Below are positions 33,665 to 40,000 of a stretch of 40,000 nucleotides of DNA, in pieces. The stretch is from the sequence record OQ221560.1, one strand, 5' to 3'. Below the pieces are notes generated by a model that was given only the letters and a program-made list of their open reading frames with translations, made no database searches and was not told where the DNA came from. Position numbers and translations under genes: made by a program. Every line of letters begins with the position of its first letter. Within the stretch, counting starts at the first letter, position 1. The DNA comes from Bacteroides phage PhiCrAssBcn25.

Positions 33665-34657
33665 ATGGCACAAGAAGTTAGTAAGATGGTTTTGGATGAT
33701 GAAGAGATTATGAAGGAAACACCAGTTATACCTGATGTGGATAACCTCTTTGAAGAACCAAAGACAAGAAAAACAAAGAAACAAGCAGTAATAGAGGACA
33801 ATGATGAACCTATTAGCTGCCTAAGAAATGAAAGAGTTATAGTAAGGTTTGTTCCCAAGCAAACTGGTTTAGTTTCAAACCCTAAGCATATCCTATATGG
33901 AGGTATGGCAGAAGCAGCAGTAAGATGGTTTACTCTACCAAGATTAAGTTCTGGTATGTATGTAAATGCTCTCACTGATAAAGAGAAAGCCTATCTTGAA
34001 GAGATAATGGGTCTTGAATATAATGCTCTATCTATCTATAAGAAGGTAGATAACTTCTGGGATAATTATACAGTGAGATTAACCAAGCAAGATAATTTCT
34101 TGAACTTGGCTGACCCTGATGATTATATCAAATATAAAATCCTTTTAGCAAACAAGGACTATATTGCATCTTCTCTTCAAGAGCTGCAAGACAGACCTAA
34201 AATGACTTATCAGTTTGTAATTGTACAGGAAGGTGAGGAAGCTAAGACTGCTAAGAAGGAAATGAATGCTACAATGCAGTCATACATGAAGTTTGGTGAA
34301 ATTCAAGATGATGCTGATAAGCTGAGAGTAATCATTGAAACTATTGATGGTAGACCTCTTGCTAAGACAACTAAGATTGAATTCTTACATGAGAAGATTA
34401 ACAAGCTAATTCAAGCTGACCCAAAACTTTTCTTAAGAGTTGCAGAAGACCAGTATCTTGATACTAAAGTTCTGATTAAGAAGGCTATTGAAGAAGGTCT
34501 AATTAGTAACAGAGGTGGTATGTTATACCTGAAATCTGATGGCTCTCCTCTATGTGGAGATAATGAAGAACCTACTTTGAGTGTAGCTGCTAAGTTCTTA
34601 AGTGCTCCTAAGAGACAGGAATTGAAGTTCAGTCTGGAAGCAAAGCTAAAAGAATAA
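33665..34657 (+). CDS. structural protein downstream of MCP, unknown exact role
   Basis: 330 aa, position after MCP. Confidence 0.75.
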   Translation: MAQEVSKMVLDDEEIMKETPVIPDVDNLFEEPKTRKTKKQAVIEDNDEPISCLRNERVIVRFVPKQTGLVSNPKHILYGGMAEAAVRWFTLPRLSSGMYVNALTDKEKAYLEEIMGLEYNALSIYKKVDNFWDNYTVRLTKQDNFLNLADPDDYIKYKILLANKDYIASSLQELQDRPKMTYQFVIVQEGEEAKTAKKEMNATMQSYMKFGEIQDDADKLRVIIETIDGRPLAKTTKIEFLHEKINKLIQADPKLFLRVAEDQYLDTKVLIKKAIEEGLISNRGGMLYLKSDGSPLCGDNEEPTLSVAAKFLSAPKRQELKFSLEAKLKE

Positions 34658-34661
34658 AGAT

Positions 34662-35378
34662 ATGAATGTTAATGAATTTTCTAATGAATTTGATGTACTC
34701 TATAACAACATAATGAGCAATGCTGCTCCGGGGTTAAATGAGTATGAAAAGTCTGTACTGCTTACTAAGGCTCAGGAAGAGATAGTTAAGAACTATTTTG
34801 AACCAGCAGGTAATAAGTATGGAAAAGGATTAGATGATTCACCAAAAAGACAAATAGATTTTTCAGAATTAATAAAGGTAGGGCAAGGAGTACTTAATAC
34901 AAGTGCTCCTACTATCACCTTTGATGAGAGAGCTAAGGTATATGATTTACCTGCTGACTTATTCTTGGTTATAAATGAGGCTGTTGATACTAATGCAGGA
35001 ACTAAACAGATAGTTCCAATCAGTTATTCTGATTATACAAGACTTATGTCAAGACCTTATAAGGAACCAGTTAAATATCAGGCATGGAGAATGATTACTG
35101 CTTCTATAAACAATATCTCTGTAGAACTAATAGTAAACAGTAATGAAACTATTACAGACTATAAGGTAAGGTATATAAGAAGACCTGCTCCAATTATCAC
35201 TACTAATCTATCTTCTGAATATGGTGATGTCACAATAAATGGTGTAAGCACTATTTCAGAATGTGAGCTTAACCCAATTATTCATAGTGAGATATTACAG
35301 AGGGCAGTTGAATTGGCTAAGGCAGCTTACCAAGGAGATTTGCAAGCAAGTGTTGAATTAGGACAAAGGTCAGAGTAA
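34662..35378 (+). CDS. head-tail connector/ring-type virion protein, paralog A
   Basis: 238 aa; LNEYEKSVLLTKAQEEIVKNYF and NGVSTISECELNPIIHSEILQRAVELA. Confidence 0.65.
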   Translation: MNVNEFSNEFDVLYNNIMSNAAPGLNEYEKSVLLTKAQEEIVKNYFEPAGNKYGKGLDDSPKRQIDFSELIKVGQGVLNTSAPTITFDERAKVYDLPADLFLVINEAVDTNAGTKQIVPISYSDYTRLMSRPYKEPVKYQAWRMITASINNISVELIVNSNETITDYKVRYIRRPAPIITTNLSSEYGDVTINGVSTISECELNPIIHSEILQRAVELAKAAYQGDLQASVELGQRSE

Positions 35379-35389
35379 AAATATAAAGT

Positions 35390-36082
35390 ATGACTAATAA
35401 AGAATTTTCTGATGGATTCAGTACTTTACTTAACTCATTTGGTATCACTCCTAATATAACCCTTGATGAATATGAGAAATCAACATTTCTCACTAATGCT
35501 CAAGAACAATTGATTATTGACATCTACTCTGGAAGGAATATTATTTATGGTAAGTCCTTTGAACAGACAGAAGAAATAAGAAGATATTTGAGCAATTTGG
35601 TGGAGACCTATGAAACAAGTACTAAGGTTACAGGAAAGCTGGGACTATCAAAAGATTCAGTATTCTTTGAGATACCACAAGATACTTGGTTCATTACTTA
35701 TGAAGTGGCATTCCTCAAGGATAGTAGATTAGGTTGCTTGGATGGTATAGAGGCAAGTGTGGTTCCATTACCACAGGATGATTTATATAGAGCAAAGGAT
35801 AATCCATTTAGAGGACCAAGTAAAGACAGGGTACTAAGACTTGATATAAAAAGTGACTTAGCTGAGTTAATCAGCAAGTATAATGTGGATAAATATTTAA
35901 TGAGATATATCTCTCAACCCACTCCTATTATACTGGTAGATTTACCTGATGGACTAAGTATCAATGGTGTAAGTACTGAAAGTGAATGTGAACTAAATCC
36001 TGTAGTACACAGAGCAATACTTGAAAGAGCTGTACAGCTTGCCATAATAAGTAAAACTCAACTGACAGGAAATAAAGAATAA
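35390..36082 (+). CDS. head-tail connector/ring-type virion protein, paralog B
   Basis: 230 aa; LDEYEKSTFLTNAQEQLIIDIY and NGVSTESECELNPVVHRAILERAVQLA, clearly similar to the preceding gene. Confidence 0.65.
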   Translation: MTNKEFSDGFSTLLNSFGITPNITLDEYEKSTFLTNAQEQLIIDIYSGRNIIYGKSFEQTEEIRRYLSNLVETYETSTKVTGKLGLSKDSVFFEIPQDTWFITYEVAFLKDSRLGCLDGIEASVVPLPQDDLYRAKDNPFRGPSKDRVLRLDIKSDLAELISKYNVDKYLMRYISQPTPIILVDLPDGLSINGVSTESECELNPVVHRAILERAVQLAIISKTQLTGNKE

Positions 36083-36113
36083 ATATAAATGTTTAATTAA
36101 ACTAAAAAAGATT

Positions 36114-37118
36114 ATGGTAATTTCTATTAATCAAGTAAGACAGCTATATGTTGCAAAGGCTCTCAAAGCTAATACAGCAGCCCTTACAACTGCTGGTGAT
36201 ATTGTACCAAAGGCAGATACAGCTAAGACTACTCTGTATTTTCAATCTATGTCTCCTGCTGGGATTGTAGCAAGTGATAAGATTGACCTTAAGAATGTAT
36301 TGAATGCAAAGGCTACACCATCAGATGCTCTGGCTCATAAGCTGGTTAGATACTCAGTTACTCTTGATGCAGATGTATCTGCAACTCCTGTAGCAGGTCA
36401 GAATTATATCTTGAGATTGGCTTTCAGACAATACATTGGTTTGTCAGAAGAAGACCAGTACTTCAAGTATGGTGAAGTAATTGCAAGAAGTGGAATGACT
36501 GCATCAGACTTCTACAAGAAGATGGCTATTTCTTTAGCTAAGAATCTTGAGAATAAGACAGAATCTACTCCTCTTGTGAATATCTATCTTATCAGTGCAG
36601 CAGCAGCTTCTACAGATGTTCCAGTTACATCAGCTACTAAGGAATCAGACCTTGCTGCAACTGACTACAATCAAATCATCATTGAAGAAACAGAACAACC
36701 TTGGGTTCTTGGTATGATGCCTCAGGCATTTATTCCTTTTACTCCTCAGTTCTTAACTATTACAGTTGATGGTGAAGATAGACTTTGGGGTGTTGCAACT
36801 GTAGTTACACCTACTAAGACTGTTCCTGATGGACATCTTATTGCAGACCTTGAATACTTCTGTATGGGTGCAAGAGGTGACATCTACAGAGGAATGGGTT
36901 ATCCTAACATTATTAAGACTACTTACTTGGTAGACCCAAGTGCAGTTTATGATGTACTGGATATTCACTATTTCTACACAGGAAGCAATGAATCAGTTCA
37001 GAAGTCTGAAAAGACTATTACACTGGTTGCTGTAGATGATGGTAGTCACACTGCAATGAATGCTCTAATTGGTGCTATCAACACTGCATCAGGGCTTACA
37101 ATTGCTACTTTATCCTAA
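36114..37118 (+). CDS. structural protein (tail/collar candidate)
   Basis: 334 aa in the virion gene block, own leader and downstream terminator. Confidence 0.65.
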   Translation: MVISINQVRQLYVAKALKANTAALTTAGDIVPKADTAKTTLYFQSMSPAGIVASDKIDLKNVLNAKATPSDALAHKLVRYSVTLDADVSATPVAGQNYILRLAFRQYIGLSEEDQYFKYGEVIARSGMTASDFYKKMAISLAKNLENKTESTPLVNIYLISAAAASTDVPVTSATKESDLAATDYNQIIIEETEQPWVLGMMPQAFIPFTPQFLTITVDGEDRLWGVATVVTPTKTVPDGHLIADLEYFCMGARGDIYRGMGYPNIIKTTYLVDPSAVYDVLDIHYFYTGSNESVQKSEKTITLVAVDDGSHTAMNALIGAINTASGLTIATLS

Positions 37119-37133
37119 GTGATATAGCATTAG

Positions 37134-37169
37134 AAGGAGCATAGAATTAACTATGCTCCTTTTTTTTTA
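37134..37169 (+). terminator. intrinsic terminator
   Basis: aaggagcatag aattaa ctatgctcctt followed by T8. Confidence 0.9.
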
Positions 37170-37212
37170 TCAATTAAAAATATGAACTATGCTACATTTT
37201 AATGAATTAAAA

Positions 37213-37842
37213 ATGACACAAGATAACAGATTTCTTATTATAGATGTATCTGTAGATAATCAGGACTACTTTGATGATGTCCTATTGGATAGTATAGTCA
37301 TTGATACCCAAGATACTTTTGTGATGAATGGACCAAGTGACAATCCTCTTTATGTGTATAATGTAGAGGATGCCTCCTATGATTTAACCTATTCTCTTCC
37401 TGAGCAATGTAATTGCAATCCAGTAAGAGTTGAGGAAGATGAATCATACTGTTTCACTTATGGTACACAACAAATGAAGAATGTAAGACTTGAATTGAAT
37501 ATTCAAGACTTAAAGGTTTCTCCTTGCAGTACTATGTTTTTTGTGTATGTAAAGTCTAAAGGTACTCCATCAACTGATACTCCATGTGGATTTGATAAGG
37601 ACCAAATATTAGGTACTGTAATTAACTTGCAACCTATATACAAACAGACTCTCAAGTATCTAAAGGAAGTAGAATGTGATTGTAATATACCAAAGGGTTT
37701 CATTGACATGATACTTAAGTTAAAGGCAATTGAACTTTGTGTTAGAACAGGAAATTATCCACAGGCTATTAAGTACTGGAATAAGTTCTTCATAAAGAAT
37801 AATTGTAAGTCTCCAACCTCTAATTGTGGATGCTATGGATAA
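37213..37842 (+). CDS. virion-block protein, unknown function
   Basis: Start moved to MTQDNRFLIIDVSV; Cys-rich C-terminus NNCKSPTSNCGCYG. Confidence 0.65.
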   Translation: MTQDNRFLIIDVSVDNQDYFDDVLLDSIVIDTQDTFVMNGPSDNPLYVYNVEDASYDLTYSLPEQCNCNPVRVEEDESYCFTYGTQQMKNVRLELNIQDLKVSPCSTMFFVYVKSKGTPSTDTPCGFDKDQILGTVINLQPIYKQTLKYLKEVECDCNIPKGFIDMILKLKAIELCVRTGNYPQAIKYWNKFFIKNNCKSPTSNCGCYG

Positions 37843-38179
37843 AATGCTTGAAATATCTGAGGAAGCCATCACAAGATACTTTACTACTCTATCTCAATTT
37901 GGATATAAGAAGTACAGTGATGTAGATAAGATAATAGTTCTCTTCTTCATGGAAGAAATGTTAGCAGGAGAAATGTCTTATTATGTGACACAAGATGATT
38001 ACAGAAATATAGTCAATGCACTATACTGTCTGGCAGGAAGTACTTGTATGATAGACTTTCCAATGTTTGAGAGCTATGATACTTTGGTTCATTCTAACAA
38101 TAGAACATTTGTACCAAGAATAACAGAGGATAGTATATTAAGAAGTACTGGGGATGATAACTTTAGAGTAGAAGCATAA
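37826..38179 (+). CDS. small phage protein, unknown function
   Basis: 117 aa, short overlap with upstream gene; true start could be 37835. Confidence 0.65.
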   Translation: MDAMDKMLEISEEAITRYFTTLSQFGYKKYSDVDKIIVLFFMEEMLAGEMSYYVTQDDYRNIVNALYCLAGSTCMIDFPMFESYDTLVHSNNRTFVPRITEDSILRSTGDDNFRVEA

Positions 38180-38215
38180 TAATACTTATACTTTATATAC
38201 AAAAATAATAAAGAC

Positions 38216-38247
38216 CTTGCTTATATAAGTTATAATACTTATATTTG
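38216..38247 (+). promoter_or_regulatory. Bacteroidetes-type promoter CTTG-N20-TATATTTG
   Basis: CTTG 38216-38219, N20, TATATTTG 38240-38247; ATG at 38282. Confidence 0.8.
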
Positions 38248-38281
38248 CAGGGTCTAATTGTTTAATTAAATATGTAAAACT

Positions 38282-38959
38282 ATGACATATAATGAGATTA
38301 TATACATGTGTCTTGATGAATTGAAGCTATCCAGTGATGATAGTTTTTATACCAAAGACCATTTAATATTTCTACTTGTAAAGTATAGGTCATTCTTGCT
38401 GAAACAGAGATATTCTGACATAAAGAAACAGATACCAGATAGTGACTATCAGAGTATATGTTTAGACCTTATTGAGGTTCCAGCTATTAGTGGAGAACCT
38501 TGTGAAGGTAGCTCCTATTTAAGAAGTAAGAATAAGGTTCCTACTACTATGATGATAGGTAATCCAAGAGTATATCCTATGGACTTCTATCAAGGTGAGA
38601 TTACTTATATAAGTAGAGATAGAATGAGGTATGTAGGTTATAATAAGTTTCTTAGAAATATAATCTACTGTTCAAAAGCTCCTGATGGCTATCTATATTT
38701 CAAGTCATGGAATCCTCAATTCCTGCATCTTGAAAAGGTAAGTTTCAATGCAATCTTTGAGGATGCTAAGGAAGCATCAGAAATGGCTTGTCCAGAAGAG
38801 AATGGTACAATATGTAAGTTAGAGGATAAGGAGTTCCCAATAGAAGATGCTTTAGTTCCTCCACTTATAGAGTTAGTAGTAAAAGAATTAAGGGGTCCTG
38901 AGTATAGTCCTAAGGATGAGGATAATAATGCAAAAGATGACTTACCAGATGCAAGATAA
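38282..38959 (+). CDS. virion structural protein (connector/tail candidate)
   Basis: 225 aa MTYNEIIYMCLDELKLSSDD... Confidence 0.7.
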   Translation: MTYNEIIYMCLDELKLSSDDSFYTKDHLIFLLVKYRSFLLKQRYSDIKKQIPDSDYQSICLDLIEVPAISGEPCEGSSYLRSKNKVPTTMMIGNPRVYPMDFYQGEITYISRDRMRYVGYNKFLRNIIYCSKAPDGYLYFKSWNPQFLHLEKVSFNAIFEDAKEASEMACPEENGTICKLEDKEFPIEDALVPPLIELVVKELRGPEYSPKDEDNNAKDDLPDAR

Positions 38960-39650
38960 AGGGAAGTGGTTTGTATATTGTCATTATAAACCTACAGGAG
39001 AAATATTTTATGTTGGTATAGGGAGAAAAAGGTTTGGTAATACTCATTATCAAATTTATAAAAGGGCTTATGAAATTAATAGTAGAAACTTTTTATGGAA
39101 GAGAGTTTATAGTAAATATAAGGATAGAGTTGTAAAGATAGAATTTAATAATTTAGAGGAGACCCAAGCTAAAGAAAAAGAAAGGTTACTGATACAGTTA
39201 CATGGAAGAATAATAAATAATGATGGATGTTTATGTAATATATCAGAAGGAGGAGAGGGTAGAAGTGGAGACCACAGTAATGGTAAGAAAGTCTTTGTTT
39301 ACTCTTTAAAAGGGAAATTTATAAAAGAGTTTTCATCAGCTAAAGAAGCTGCATACTCTTTAAATTTAACTGAGAAGAATGTAAATGCAGCAGCATCTAT
39401 GAAAAGAAAAACCTGTGGAAACTACCAATTCAGATATGAGGATTATAAAGATATTGAGATTTCCAACTTTAGTAAATCCCCAAGAATTACTCCAAAGCCA
39501 GTATTAGCTACTAAAAATGGAACAACTTTAGAATTTGAATCCTCTTATAAATTTATGAAATTCATTGGACTAAATAAAAATTCTCATATAAATGAATGTT
39601 TAAATGGAAAAAGAAAAAGAGTCATGGGGTGGGAGCTTAAGTTTAAGTGA
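38916..39650 (+). CDS. GIY-YIG homing endonuclease with NUMOD-type C-terminus
   Basis: WFVYCHYKPTGEIFYVGIGRKRF (GIY-YIG core); KKVFVYSLKGKFIKEFSSAKEAAYSLNLTEKNVNAAAS (NUMOD1-like). Confidence 0.88.
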   Translation: MRIIMQKMTYQMQDKGKWFVYCHYKPTGEIFYVGIGRKRFGNTHYQIYKRAYEINSRNFLWKRVYSKYKDRVVKIEFNNLEETQAKEKERLLIQLHGRIINNDGCLCNISEGGEGRSGDHSNGKKVFVYSLKGKFIKEFSSAKEAAYSLNLTEKNVNAAASMKRKTCGNYQFRYEDYKDIEISNFSKSPRITPKPVLATKNGTTLEFESSYKFMKFIGLNKNSHINECLNGKRKRVMGWELKFK

Positions 39651-40000
39651 ATTTAAGAAGAAAGTAAAAAAAGTTAATGGTCCCAGACAATATAAGGTTA
39701 GGAACTCTCTTGGTGTGTATCATGGATATAAGTATTACAGAAAGAATAAGCCTGATAGTAAGGAATATGTTCTTACTGAGTCACAATACTTTGCTATCAT
39801 AAGAAAGATAAACTTACTTCTGGTTGATGAATTATTGATGGGTAATGATGTCAGACTTCCTAAATCAATGGGTACTATTGAGATAAGAAAGTATGATAGG
39901 AGAGTAAGGTTAGGAAAGGATGGAAAGATTCATACTAACCTTCCTATAGACTGGGATAAGACACTTAAACTCTGGTATGAAGATGAAGAGGCTTTCAAAG
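39604..40000 (+). CDS. virion-block protein, truncated by window end
   Basis: Open frame MEKEKESWGGSLSLSEFKKKVKKVNGPRQYKVRNSLGVYHGYKYYRKNKPDSKEYVLTESQYFAIIRKI... to the window end; overlaps the GIY-YIG 3' end. Confidence 0.65.
   Translation, partial: MEKEKESWGGSLSLSEFKKKVKKVNGPRQYKVRNSLGVYHGYKYYRKNKPDSKEYVLTESQYFAIIRKINLLLVDELLMGNDVRLPKSMGTIEIRKYDRRVRLGKDGKIHTNLPIDWDKTLKLWYEDEEAFK

Noticed and set aside
12974-37118. Many short minus-strand ORFs opposite long plus-strand structural genes (for example 14351..14578, 16710..17018, 31603..31788, 33640..33975)
   Set aside because: They are low complexity, lack start contexts and lie fully antisense to well-supported genes.
38916-39650. Intron-borne GIY-YIG interrupting one gene
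   Set aside because: The upstream product ends normally and the downstream frame looks like a new N-terminus. The ORF overlaps both neighbours, leaving no space for a ribozyme core.
1-40000. CRISPR array, toxin-antitoxin or known anti-phage defence operon
   Set aside because: No regularly spaced repeats and no recognisable effector or immunity pairs were found; the short repeats at 3.85-4.0 kb have only two copies.

Overview
The window is a compact phage genome segment. Gene content and order (TerL, portal, head-fibre-like protein, several receptor-binding proteins, lysis-like cassette, scaffold-like protein, major capsid protein, connector-like paralogs) fit a crAss-like phage (Crassvirales) infecting Bacteroidales. 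Two arms diverge from an A-rich intergenic region at about 4.3-4.55 kb. A minus-strand arm leaves to the left: small membrane and lipoproteins, an HNH endonuclease, tRNA-Arg(CCT) and one aberrant tRNA-like element. The plus-strand arm runs to the right: two small HExxH proteins, about 26 tRNA or tRNA-like genes covering all 20 amino acids, an HNH endonuclease inside the tRNA array, Dps-like, FTR-like and GroES-like proteins, then the structural genes, ending in a free-standing GIY-YIG endonuclease. The main observations beyond annotation are: (1) a recurring plus-strand promoter, (C/T/G)TTG-N20-TAnnTTTG, found nine times at identical 20-nt spacing and matching the Bacteroidetes primary-sigma pattern, with none seen in the minus arm; (2) one of these promoters sits directly upstream of an unannotated ~330-nt leader or ncRNA rich in exact helices (about 4930-5255); (3) several structurally aberrant tRNAs, including a Tyr-like RNA with no D-arm, a CAT-anticodon tRNA with a long variable arm, a Leu(TAA) with a short variable arm and a tRNA-like element with a 25-nt anticodon loop; (4) HNH genes that abut or overlap tRNAs. 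All calls come from reading the sequence; no database search was run.
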